DNA from: Candidatus Saccharimonadota bacterium
Lineage (GTDB): Bacteria; Patescibacteriota; Saccharimonadia; Saccharimonadales; Saccharimonadaceae
Direction: 5' to 3'
Assembly: GCA_013332965.2 (NCBI GenBank)
Contig: JABCPR020000048.1
Span: forward strand, 1-45,381
DNA: 45,381 bases
The first letter of the stretch is position 1, and each line of letters begins with the position of its first letter. Below the pieces are notes generated by a model that saw only the letters and a program-made list of their open reading frames with translations, made no database searches and was not told where the DNA came from. The translations under genes and the position numbers were made by a program. Shown in pieces: positions 9,067 to 18,129 of this stretch.

Positions 9067-9471
9067 ATGTATGATGAGATATTGCTAGAGCATAATCTAT
9101 ATCCAAAGAACAGGGGCGAGTTGGAGGGGGCAGAAATAAGAAAGGAATTAAAAAATGCCAGTTGTGGCGATAAAATTTTTGTTCAGCTAAAAATTGAGGA
9201 TGGAGTGATTGTGGATGGTAAATTTACTGGGCATGGATGTGCAATTTCTTTAGCTTCGGCAGATTTAATGATTGAGACGGTGAGAGGGAAGACTTTAGAA
9301 GAAGTGAAGGAATTGAGCGATTTATTTAGAGAGATGATTCTTGAAAATGAGAAGTTTAATGCGGACGGCGGGTTGGAAAAAATGGGAGAGGCAAGAGCCC
9401 TAGAAATAGTCTCGAGGATGCCAGCGAGGGTAAAATGTGCGGAATTAGCGTGGCAAGTTTTTAAGTCATAA
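9067..9471 (+). CDS. sufU: SufU sulfur-transfer protein
   Basis: NASCGD, GHGCAIS and PARVKCA motifs. Confidence 0.9.
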   Translation: MYDEILLEHNLYPKNRGELEGAEIRKELKNASCGDKIFVQLKIEDGVIVDGKFTGHGCAISLASADLMIETVRGKTLEEVKELSDLFREMILENEKFNADGGLEKMGEARALEIVSRMPARVKCAELAWQVFKS

Positions 9472-9528
9472 AAAGCTTGTGTTTATAGCCCACGCGACTT
9501 ATAATGGGATTAGTTTGAGGAGAAATAA

Positions 9529-9999
9529 ATGATAAAGGTGGACGAAAGGTTCTTGGCGGAGGTGGGATTACAAAATCTTCCTGAACCACAGAAAGAGGCG
9601 TTAGTGGCCGAGATTCAAGTTGAGCTCGAAAATCGCGTCGGTGAAAAAATGAGTGAGGGGATGACTCCTGAACAACTTGAAGAATTTGACGGGATTATGC
9701 GAAAAGACCGCAATGTGATGATCAGGTTCTTATCGAAGCTCGGCGACTATCGACAAGACGAAATTTATCAGAAATTACTGCAGAAATACAATGTTACAGA
9801 AGGAACGCTAGAGATTTTAGGGGAGTACTTAAGCGTGAAGTGGATACAGTTGAACCGACCGGACTATGCAAAAGTTGCACAAGATATCGAAAGCGAGTTT
9901 AAGCAGGAAATTATTCGAAGTCATGATGAGATAATTGAGGTGCTTAGACAAGCCGAAGCTCAAGAGGCAGCGACCGAGCCGATGCCAATATCAGTTTAG
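9529..9999 (+). CDS. DUF5663-like helical protein (CPR-typical)
   Basis: ELENRVG..MSEGMT..QLEEF..W...NRPDY pattern recalled from CPR proteins; GAGGAG RBS. Confidence 0.7.
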   Translation: MIKVDERFLAEVGLQNLPEPQKEALVAEIQVELENRVGEKMSEGMTPEQLEEFDGIMRKDRNVMIRFLSKLGDYRQDEIYQKLLQKYNVTEGTLEILGEYLSVKWIQLNRPDYAKVAQDIESEFKQEIIRSHDEIIEVLRQAEAQEAATEPMPISV

Positions 10000-10023
10000 T
10001 TAAACAAAAACTGAAAAAATAGT

Positions 10024-10053
10024 AGAAAGCCCAGAAGTGATTCTGGGTTTTCT
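10024..10053. terminator. Bidirectional terminator
   Basis: AGAAAGCCCAGAA-GTGA-TTCTGGGTTTTCT between convergent genes. Confidence 0.75.
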
Positions 10054-10086
10054 GTTGAGAATTTAGGATTTTGATTATTATTTTGA

Positions 10087-10905
10087 TTATTTCATGTAGC
10101 CGTTGTAGAAGGAATTTGCATCCATGGGTTTGCGACCGAGTGGCTGCAAACGATCGATGATGATGTTTTGATTGTCGCCGCACGTGAATTTGATTTTGGC
10201 GCGGTTATCTGCTTCTGTTTTTGTATCTAGATGGGCTTCCAAGATAATACATTCATGATCACCAATCTTAAGTTTGCTTTTTGGGAAAGTTTGAAAAGCG
10301 CGAATCTGATTTAAGAGATTCATTGCAGACTTTTTGAGATCTAGTTGAGACATTGAAGTATCGAATTTTGAGGTATAGGTGGCTTCCTTATCATTTTGTG
10401 GTATTGGAATTGGTAGAGAATTGAGGTGTTCAACCAACCATGTAGTGGCGTGAGTGGAGAGAGTCTGATATATCTCGGATTTTGCAGGATATTCGGAACT
10501 AAATTCATCAGATTTAATGGTGGTTTGGTAATAAATTGGGCCGGCGTCCATGGCTTTAACGAGTTTCATAACTGAGACGGAAAAATCTTGGTCACCATTT
10601 AGAATTGCGGATTCAATTGGTGAGGCTCCTCGATATTTTGGTAGTAATGATGGGTGAATATTAAGAATGCCGATTGGCTCAAAAAGTTCAAGGATGTCAG
10701 ATTTTATAATAACACCGAAGCTTGCGAGGATACCGAAGAGAGAAGGGGTGGCACTTTTGAGACGTTTGACTTCATCGAGGTCGGTCTTGTTTTTGGCATG
10801 AAAAACAATTTTACAAGTGCCTGAATTCTCAATACATTGTTTTGTGAATTCGGCAAGAGGGCCGTTGCCGAAAAAGATAATCTTGTTTTGCCTAGCTTTA
10901 TTCAT
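10087..10905 (-). CDS. fmt: Methionyl-tRNA formyltransferase (short form)
   Basis: NIHPSLLPKYRGASPI and MDAGPI motifs; ATG at 10905 overlaps the def stop. Confidence 0.9.
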   Translation of the reverse strand: MNKARQNKIIFFGNGPLAEFTKQCIENSGTCKIVFHAKNKTDLDEVKRLKSATPSLFGILASFGVIIKSDILELFEPIGILNIHPSLLPKYRGASPIESAILNGDQDFSVSVMKLVKAMDAGPIYYQTTIKSDEFSSEYPAKSEIYQTLSTHATTWLVEHLNSLPIPIPQNDKEATYTSKFDTSMSQLDLKKSAMNLLNQIRAFQTFPKSKLKIGDHECIILEAHLDTKTEADNRAKIKFTCGDNQNIIIDRLQPLGRKPMDANSFYNGYMK

Positions 10906-11470
10906 CGCCGAATAATTCAGGATTATTTTTGATACGTGAGTCATAGTCAAGTGGTTTGAGATCACCGTCTTTGTCGAGTTCAAAAAAGGCTTTTTTATCA
11001 TCTTTAATATGATCAATGAAGAGGATGCCGTCGAGATGATCAATTTCATGCGCAAGGGTACGCGCAAGGTTGTCTTCGGCTTTGATACGAACTTCGGTAC
11101 CATCAATAAGTTTGGCTTTTACGCGAAGTTTGGAATAGCGGGGAACGAGGCCGTAGATAAAAGGTACGGATAAACAACCTTCATAGTCACTAACTAGTTT
11201 GCCGCTAGCCTTGATTACTTCAGGATCAATAAGGGCGGTAAAGCTGGCATTTGATTTATCGTCAAGATCATCACGAATGATAATGATGCGTTTATTAATA
11301 CCGAGCTGAGGTGCGGCCATGGCTGCAGAAAGCTCGTGTGGATGTTCTTTTTCCCATTCTAGGCTGGCATCAACCATCTGTTTGATGATTTGGTGAGTCT
11401 CTTCAGTAACATGATTAACCTTGGTTGAAGCCTTGCGAAGACGTGGGTCGGGTACAGTAATAATATTCAT
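10898..11470 (-). CDS. def: Peptide deformylase
   Basis: AAPQLG, EGCLS and HEIDHLDG motifs. Confidence 0.95.
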   Translation of the reverse strand: MNIITVPDPRLRKASTKVNHVTEETHQIIKQMVDASLEWEKEHPHELSAAMAAPQLGINKRIIIIRDDLDDKSNASFTALIDPEVIKASGKLVSDYEGCLSVPFIYGLVPRYSKLRVKAKLIDGTEVRIKAEDNLARTLAHEIDHLDGILFIDHIKDDKKAFFELDKDGDLKPLDYDSRIKNNPELFGDE

Positions 11471-11647
11471 ATCTATATTATAACCTTTTTTGGTTGTTTA
11501 TAAAGTATAAGCAGTATTCTCCTAACAGGGGTAAAATAAGAAAAGTGAAGATTTTAAAGAGGCTATGCTTGTGTTTTTGGGAAAAAGGACTATATTCAAG
11601 ACAGAGAGATAAGCTACATAGATAAAAGTAGACAATATAAACGTTAC

Positions 11648-11822
11648 TCTGATGTGAAAGAGAATATGTAGAGACGAGGTATTTACTTATCTTTACAAAA
11701 TATTATATGAAGGATTAAAACCCTTTATATACTTTCTGCGAATAAGGATTAGATTTATAGGATTTAAATCATGATCCTAGCTCATCTAAATAAATCAAAT
11801 TTCTATTCTCTTTCACATTAGA
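11648..11822 (+). ncRNA. Candidate structured sRNA (or MITE-like element)
   Basis: Perfect 15-bp inverted repeat (11652-11666 / 11804-11818) enclosing two further hairpins. Confidence 0.35.
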
Positions 11823-11839
11823 TTAAGGTTTGAGACTAT

Positions 11840-11869
11840 AAAAAATACCCCCAGGGAGGGGTGTTTTTT
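11840..11869. terminator. Bidirectional terminator at the priA 3' end
   Basis: AAAAAATACCCC-CAGGGA-GGGGTGTTTTTT. Confidence 0.8.
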
Positions 11870-11873
11870 ATAT

Positions 11874-13847
11874 CTAGAGGAGGGAAGGTGGATCAAGAAT
11901 GTAGCGGAGATTTGAGAGAGAAGCGTGGGTTTGAGTAGAAAGAATAGCGGAAATAAGAGATTGTCTTGAGGTGGCTTTAATAATAATCTGCCAGGTATAC
12001 CCACTAGGGGAGAACTCATGAAATGCTGGAGTAGGTGCGGAAAGAAAAATATTCTTTTCGGAGCGGAGGAGGGTATGGAGTTCGCGAATTTTCTTAATGG
12101 TAGTTTGTTCGGTTTTTTGAGTAATATAAAGTTTGGCCATATAAAAGTATGGTGGGAAATGACCCTGTTTACGTTTGGCTAGGAGATATTGATAGGCTGA
12201 AAGATAATCATTTTTGATGGCAAATTGAATAATGGGGTGATCCGGTTGATAGGTTTGGATAAAAACAGATGCTTCGTCTAAATGGCCACGGCCAACACGG
12301 CCGATGACTTGGGTGAGGAGATGGAAGCTTCTTTCTTCCGAGGAGTAATCTGGTAAACTAAGACCGCCGTCAGCTTGAACAATGCCAACCGTGGCAAGTT
12401 TAGGTAGATCAAGTCCTTTGGCGAGCAACTGAGTGCCGACAAGGATATCGATTTCGCCAGCTTTAATTTGTTGATAGAGCTGGTTGAGGGAATTTTCGGT
12501 AGTATTATCGGCGTCGAAGCGAGCGATTTTGGCATTTTTGAAGAGTTTTTTGAGTTCTGTTTCTAGTAATTTAGTGCCAAAGCCTTTATGAATAATGTCA
12601 GTATGAGAGCAGACCGGGCAAACTTTAGGTACTGGCTCAGTATGACCACAAGTGTGGCAAACTAATTTAAAGCTGTCACTGTGAAGGGTGAGTGGCAGGG
12701 CGCAGTTTGGACAAAGAGCTTGCCAGCCACAGTGAGTACAAATTGTAAGCGGAGCGGAACCACGGCGATTATGGAAGATAAGTGTCTGCTGATGCTTTTC
12801 AAGGTTCTGAACAATATTTTTAATCAGGGAATCAGAGAAGTAACGGTTTTTTGTAAAACTGTTGGAATTTTTTAGATCGATTAGTTCGATTTTAGGGGTA
12901 AAAGCGGTCTCTTTGGCGCGCTTGGTTAGTGAAACATAGGCGTGATTTTTTTCTGCAAGATAATAATCTTCGATGAGGGGAGTGGCAGTTCCGTATATAC
13001 AGTCAATATTTTTAGTGTTCGCTATAAAACTAGCAAGACGGAGGGCGGAGTAGCGAGGCGGATTTTCTTGGTAATAGGCGGGATCGTGAGCTTCGTCAAT
13101 AATAATAAGGCCAAGATTTTGGAGTGGAGAAAAAATGGCTGAACGTGCGCCGATGATTATGAGTGGCTGATTGCTACTTATGATTTTTTGCCAGGTTTGA
13201 TGACGACTAGCTTCAGTTTGTTTGGAATGTATGGTGATAACGGAATCAGGGAAAAAGCGTTGAAACTCTTGTACGAGTTGAGATGTGAGGGAAATTTCGG
13301 GAACGAGAATAATGCTGGAATGGGATTTTTTGAACTGCTCCATGGCGAGAGTGAGATAGAGATTGGTCTTACCGGAGCCAGTGATTCCATGCAGGAGCTT
13401 GGTATGGGATTTGATTTTTTGGAGATTTTCGAGGGCAGTTTTCTGAGATTGGTTAAGGGGAATGTCTTGAGGTGATTGAGTAGCTTTTGTGGTATTTTTC
13501 TCCTCGGACAATTTACGACGATTCTTGATGAGGCCTTTTGGAAGTAAGAGATTGGCTATGGCGGGCAATGGAGAAAGGTAATACTGGCTAAGCCAGAGAG
13601 CTGATTTTAGGAGGTGACTGGGGAGCGGCGGGAGGTTTAAGGGGGTGTGGATGGATTTGATTTTGTAGGGGAGATTTTCTGGCGGTGTGGTGGATTTATA
13701 AATAATGCCGGGGGTGATAGCTTTGCCAAGTGGGATGAGGACGATTTGTCCAGGTGCAAGTTTATCGGGTGAGCTATAGGTCAGTAAACTCTCCGATGGA
13801 TCGGTAGTCTGGCGGAAAATTTTGGTGGGGATGACCTGGTAATACAT
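11874..13847 (-). CDS. priA: Primosomal protein N' (replication restart helicase)
   Basis: GITGSGKT, DEAH, four CxxC pairs, QVIGRVGR; start at ATG 13847. Confidence 0.95.
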   Translation of the reverse strand: MYYQVIPTKIFRQTTDPSESLLTYSSPDKLAPGQIVLIPLGKAITPGIIYKSTTPPENLPYKIKSIHTPLNLPPLPSHLLKSALWLSQYYLSPLPAIANLLLPKGLIKNRRKLSEEKNTTKATQSPQDIPLNQSQKTALENLQKIKSHTKLLHGITGSGKTNLYLTLAMEQFKKSHSSIILVPEISLTSQLVQEFQRFFPDSVITIHSKQTEASRHQTWQKIISSNQPLIIIGARSAIFSPLQNLGLIIIDEAHDPAYYQENPPRYSALRLASFIANTKNIDCIYGTATPLIEDYYLAEKNHAYVSLTKRAKETAFTPKIELIDLKNSNSFTKNRYFSDSLIKNIVQNLEKHQQTLIFHNRRGSAPLTICTHCGWQALCPNCALPLTLHSDSFKLVCHTCGHTEPVPKVCPVCSHTDIIHKGFGTKLLETELKKLFKNAKIARFDADNTTENSLNQLYQQIKAGEIDILVGTQLLAKGLDLPKLATVGIVQADGGLSLPDYSSEERSFHLLTQVIGRVGRGHLDEASVFIQTYQPDHPIIQFAIKNDYLSAYQYLLAKRKQGHFPPYFYMAKLYITQKTEQTTIKKIRELHTLLRSEKNIFLSAPTPAFHEFSPSGYTWQIIIKATSRQSLISAILSTQTHASLSNLRYILDPPSLL

Positions 13848-13940
13848 TGGAACTATTTTAGCATAAGTAAAGAGATGAGGTATTTGTTGTGAGAAATACA
13901 AAATTTTGGTATACTGATTTGAAAGAAAAGTGAGGTAAAA

Positions 13941-14240
13941 ATGTTGGATATATTCATTACATCCAGGGTCCGACGGAAAATTTTGGTGGTTTTCGCGAAG
14001 TATCCAGATTTTAAGACACACGTAAGAGCGTTATCAAAACTGATTCATGAAGATCCAGGAAATATTCAGAGAGAATTAAAGCGACTCGAAAAAGGTAATT
14101 TTTTGATTGTGACAAAAAAAGGAAATACAACAATTTATCAAACCAATAAACAATTTCCAATTCTGAAGGAACTTCAGGGAATTGTAATCAAGAGCAAGCA
14201 GATGGTGCCGGGCTCAAAACAAAATAAAACAATTCAGTAA
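13941..14240 (+). CDS. Winged-helix (ArsR-like) DNA-binding protein
   Basis: SRVRRKIL...HVRALSKLI...NIQRELKRLE wHTH pattern; GAGG RBS. Confidence 0.75.
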   Translation: MLDIFITSRVRRKILVVFAKYPDFKTHVRALSKLIHEDPGNIQRELKRLEKGNFLIVTKKGNTTIYQTNKQFPILKELQGIVIKSKQMVPGSKQNKTIQ

Positions 14241-14252
14241 TAAAAAATCGTC

Positions 14253-15863
14253 ATGACGAGGATTTTTGAGGGATTACTGAAGAAACGGGGGGTGAACCAT
14301 GATTTTTTGAGTCCAAAATATAGGGTGGATCTTGCAGAGAAATTACCGGATATTGAGATAGCAGCGAGTCGAATAGCTGAGGCGGTCGCAAAGCAAGAAA
14401 CCGTATTGGTGTATGGTGATTATGATGTGGATGGAGTGACAGCAAGCACGTTAATGTATGATTGCTTGCGGCTTTCTGGGATCAAGAATGTGTCAGTGAT
14501 GCTGCCGGATCGTTTCATTGATGGATATGGAATGGGAGAGAGAGTAGTAGGGCGGGCGGAGGAACTGGGCGCTACGTTGATTATTACAGTGGACTGTGGT
14601 AGCAATAATGCGGAAGTGATTGACAAATTAAAGGCACGTGGGGTGGATGTGATTGTGACGGATCATCATGAAATTATGAAAGAAATACCAGAGGGGGCGA
14701 TCGCGGTAGTGAATCCGAAGCGGGATGAGCAGTCGGAAATAAGGGAGCTTTGTGGATGCGGGGTGGCGTTTTTGGTTATGCAGAAAATGGTGAACTTGGG
14801 TTATATTCCAGAGGGGCGGGAGAAGTGGTATTTGGATCTAGTCTTGATCGGAACTCTGTGTGACTCGATGACGATAGATTCAGTAAACCGGATGCTGAGT
14901 TTTTATGGTATGAAGGTTCTGAAGAAAACTAGAAGGCCAGGCTTAATTGAACTATTAAAGGCCTCAAAAGCAAATAAGATTAATTCAGAAACAATTGGAT
15001 TTCAGCTTGGGCCAAGATTAAACGCGGGTGGAAGAATGGAGTCTGCGGAGATTTCTTTGAAGCTTTTGATGACAGAGAATCATCAAGATGCGAATAAATT
15101 AGCCATGAAATTGAATGAGTTAAATATGGCAAGGCGAGAGAGTCAGAAGAAGGCGATTTCTGAGATTGCAGCACCGGAGGATGATGTGATTGTGGTGGCT
15201 GGAGAGTGGCATGAGGGGGTGCTGGGGATTATCGCGGGTAGATTGGTAGAAAAATATCATAAGCCGGCATTTGTTTTGTCGGAGGTAGGACAGGGGGTAC
15301 TGAAGGGGTCGGGGAGGTCGTTTGGTGAGTTTAATTTAGCAGAAGCATTGAAAGCTTGCAAAAATGTGATTATTGGCGGAGGTGGCCATGCGGCGGCGTG
15401 CGGGGTAAAAGTGGAAGCACAGAAATTGGATGACTTTCGGAAGAAGGTGAATGAATATTATGCAGGCCTGGGACTTATTGAACAAGAAAAATATTTGGAG
15501 CCGCAAGCGGATATTAAATTAGAGGATTTTTCAGAACTGAATTTGGCCTTGATGGATGAAATTAAGAGTCTGGAACCTTTTGGAAATGGGAATTTAGAAC
15601 CGATTTTTCAACTAGTAGACGTAAAAATAGTACGAGTTAATAAAATGGGGGCAGAGGGGCAGCATTTGCGACTTGATGTGGCAGATGTATCTGAAAAACA
15701 GATAAAACTGGTAGCTTTTAATGCGCCGGAAGAGTGGCTAAATTTGACGGTTGGTGCGAGAGCTGATATTTGGATTAACTTAGTGGAGAATGAGTGGCAG
15801 GGAAATCGAAGCGTGGAAGGGCGAATTTTAAGAATTAAAAAGTCCTCTGTTGAAAAAATGTAG
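14253..15863 (+). CDS. recJ: Single-stranded DNA exonuclease RecJ
   Basis: GDYDVDG, TVDCG, TDHH, PRLNAGGR and GGGH motifs. Confidence 0.95.
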   Translation: MTRIFEGLLKKRGVNHDFLSPKYRVDLAEKLPDIEIAASRIAEAVAKQETVLVYGDYDVDGVTASTLMYDCLRLSGIKNVSVMLPDRFIDGYGMGERVVGRAEELGATLIITVDCGSNNAEVIDKLKARGVDVIVTDHHEIMKEIPEGAIAVVNPKRDEQSEIRELCGCGVAFLVMQKMVNLGYIPEGREKWYLDLVLIGTLCDSMTIDSVNRMLSFYGMKVLKKTRRPGLIELLKASKANKINSETIGFQLGPRLNAGGRMESAEISLKLLMTENHQDANKLAMKLNELNMARRESQKKAISEIAAPEDDVIVVAGEWHEGVLGIIAGRLVEKYHKPAFVLSEVGQGVLKGSGRSFGEFNLAEALKACKNVIIGGGGHAAACGVKVEAQKLDDFRKKVNEYYAGLGLIEQEKYLEPQADIKLEDFSELNLALMDEIKSLEPFGNGNLEPIFQLVDVKIVRVNKMGAEGQHLRLDVADVSEKQIKLVAFNAPEEWLNLTVGARADIWINLVENEWQGNRSVEGRILRIKKSSVEKM

Positions 15864-15886
15864 CGTATCTGGTATAATCTCGGCAT

Positions 15887-16105
15887 ATGGCAATCAAAGT
15901 AACTAGAAAAGACCAGGGAGAGGCAAACGAAAATATTATTCGTCGCTTTAATCGTAAGGTTTTACAGAGTGGAATTATGCCACTAGCAAAATCACAACTT
16001 CGTTTTTTAAAGCCAATCTCAAAGCGTGAACGTCGTCGTAAAGCAATTTTACGCGAAATCCGCAAGGCAGAAAAAACTGAGCGAATCAAACTTGGTTTAA
16101 AGTAA
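15887..16105 (+). CDS. rpsU: 30S ribosomal protein S21
   Basis: Basic 72 aa, E..E..IRRFNRKV..SGI...F.KP; promoter TTGAAA-17-TATAAT and downstream terminator. Confidence 0.8.
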   Translation: MAIKVTRKDQGEANENIIRRFNRKVLQSGIMPLAKSQLRFLKPISKRERRRKAILREIRKAEKTERIKLGLK

Positions 16106-16108
16106 TGA

Positions 16109-16135
16109 GAAGACCCCACTAGAGGGGTCTTTTTT
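16109..16135 (+). terminator. Intrinsic terminator
   Basis: GAAGACCCC-ACTAGA-GGGGTCTTTTTT. Confidence 0.8.
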
Positions 16136-16153
16136 ATGGTATACTATTTCCGT

Positions 16154-16690
16154 ATGAAACTATTATTTTTAGGGGGTCCCGGAACTGGCAAGAGTACAGT
16201 TGGGAATAGACTAGCGAATGATTTAAACTGGCCATGGATTTCATCAGGGGCAATCCTTCGGGAGAGCAAGGAACAGTGGGTGATCGAGCGATTAAAAACT
16301 GCACAATTATTTGATGACGAAATGGTCTCTGAACTGGTTTTTTCAAGACTTTCAGGTATAGAAAATGCAATTATTGACGGGTATCCACGTACTTTAAGGC
16401 AGGCGGAGATTATTGTTGACCGAGGACTCAAGATTGATTATATTGTTGAGCTGGTGGTGCCTTTTGAAGAGATTATGCGACGATTATCTCTTCGTGGACG
16501 CAGTCAGGATGTGCCAGAAATTATTGAGGAACGTCAGGCAGATTATGAACGTAGTCGTAATGAGATTGTGGCGTACTTGGTGGGGAACGGTGTAAAACTT
16601 TTGACGGTAGATGGAGTGGGAGAGGTTGATGAAGTTTATAAGCGAACGGTTTCAATAATCCGTAATGAAATTAATAATAATTTAAAATAA
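16154..16690 (+). CDS. Adenylate kinase-family NMP kinase (short LID)
   Basis: GGPGTGKST, ISSGAILR, DGYPRTLRQA and RGRSQD motifs; start at ATG 16154. Confidence 0.85.
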   Translation: MKLLFLGGPGTGKSTVGNRLANDLNWPWISSGAILRESKEQWVIERLKTAQLFDDEMVSELVFSRLSGIENAIIDGYPRTLRQAEIIVDRGLKIDYIVELVVPFEEIMRRLSLRGRSQDVPEIIEERQADYERSRNEIVAYLVGNGVKLLTVDGVGEVDEVYKRTVSIIRNEINNNLK

Positions 16691-16727
16691 AACGCCTATG
16701 GGGGCGTTTTTTATGAAAGGAGAGAAA

Positions 16728-17258
16728 ATGATTCTAATTTACGGTCCAGCAGGTTCAGGGAAGTCAACTCAAGGTCGTCTACTTGCGGAAAAATTGGGGA
16801 GGACCTGGCTTTCAGCAGGTCAATTAATCCGTGATTCTCATCGTTTTGATGAATATACGAGTAAGGGTGCGATGATCCCGGAGAATATTTTAGTTGATCT
16901 GCTTTGGGAGAATATGAAGGCTGTGTTTGATCGTGGCGGCGAAGTGGTATTTGATGGGCAACCTGGGTCAGTAGAACAGGTTGGAATGTTGGAAAGATGC
17001 GGAGTTTTTAAACATACGGAGTTCGTAGTTCTATTAAAAGTACCAGAAGAAGAACTTTTGAAGAGGCTGGCAACTAGGGGGAGAGAAGATGATAATATTG
17101 AAGTCTGGAAACAAAAAATTACTTACTTTGAACAAAAAAGTTATTCATTTTTAACAGAGATGAAGACTAAAAATGTGAAGATTTTTGAGGTTGATGGTGT
17201 GGGGACTATTGAAGAAGTGAACGAGCGTATAATGAACTTATTCAAAGAAAATAAATAA
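16728..17258 (+). CDS. Second adenylate kinase-family NMP kinase
   Basis: GPAGSGKSTQ, SAGQLIR, DGQPG and RGREDD motifs; AAGGAG RBS before ATG 16728. Confidence 0.85.
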   Translation: MILIYGPAGSGKSTQGRLLAEKLGRTWLSAGQLIRDSHRFDEYTSKGAMIPENILVDLLWENMKAVFDRGGEVVFDGQPGSVEQVGMLERCGVFKHTEFVVLLKVPEEELLKRLATRGREDDNIEVWKQKITYFEQKSYSFLTEMKTKNVKIFEVDGVGTIEEVNERIMNLFKENK

Positions 17259-17273
17259 GAGTTCTAAAGGCAT

Positions 17274-17302
17274 AAAAAATAAGGCGTAAGGCCTTATTTT
17301 TT
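17274..17302. terminator. Bidirectional terminator
   Basis: AAAAAATAAGGC-GTAAG-GCCTTATTTTTT. Confidence 0.8.
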
Positions 17303-17315
17303 GTAGATTATTTTT

Positions 17316-18074
17316 CTATTCTTCTGGACAGTTTGGCAGGGTAAGAACTTCATAGCCATCTTCGGTGACGAGAATAGTATGCTCGCAGTGACAGCCGATA
17401 GATCCATCAGATAAGACGACGTCCCAGCCATTTTCCTTATTAACATGATTGTATGGCTTACCTAGGGAAGACATCGGTTCAATACAGAGGGTATCACCTG
17501 GCTTTAAGACGTAACCGTGACCACGTTTGCCATAGTTTGGAACCTCTGGTTCCATGTGCATAGATTTACCAATGAAGTGTCCAACATAATTTTCAATTAC
17601 TCCGAGATGACCACGGCGAAGGACGGTTTCGACGGCATAGCCTATGTCACCAAGATGAACACCCGGGGCAATAGTGTGAATACCAGCCCAAAGACTTTTT
17701 TCAGTGGTTTTAATCATTTGCTTGACAGCTGGATTAGCTTTACCTACTGTGGTAGTAAAGGCGGCGTCAGTATGGTATCCCTTATAGCCGATGACAAGGT
17801 CGAAGGAAACCTTGTCGCCATCTTGGAGGGCGTAATCCGAATTTGGAGCCCCGTGAACTAGCTCGTCATTAACTGAGATACAGATAGCGCCAGGAAATTT
17901 TTCTGGCAAGTCATCATAGGAGACGTGGGCGCCAGCGTCGGTGATTTTTTGACGAACCCAGGCATCAAGTTGGCGTTTTGTCATACCAACGTCAACATAA
18001 TCCCTAAGTTCGGCGAGGAGGGTACCTAAGATTTTGCCACCCTCGCGCATGGCATTAATTTTTTGCATATCCAT
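17316..18074 (-). CDS. map: Type I methionine aminopeptidase
   Basis: CISVNDELVHG, D..D, GHFIG..MH, IEPM and EHTILVT motifs. Confidence 0.93.
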   Translation of the reverse strand: MDMQKINAMREGGKILGTLLAELRDYVDVGMTKRQLDAWVRQKITDAGAHVSYDDLPEKFPGAICISVNDELVHGAPNSDYALQDGDKVSFDLVIGYKGYHTDAAFTTTVGKANPAVKQMIKTTEKSLWAGIHTIAPGVHLGDIGYAVETVLRRGHLGVIENYVGHFIGKSMHMEPEVPNYGKRGHGYVLKPGDTLCIEPMSSLGKPYNHVNKENGWDVVLSDGSIGCHCEHTILVTEDGYEVLTLPNCPEE

Positions 18075-18129
18075 AGAAGAATTATAACACCGATATAAAA
18101 TTTAAAATGTTTATGTTATAATACGAAAT

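Noticed and set aside
10906..11106. N-terminal extensions of fmt (likewise priA, parA, prx and the kinases) in the ORF track
   Set aside because: They overlap neighbouring genes or terminators; downstream ATGs fit family N-termini and expression signals.
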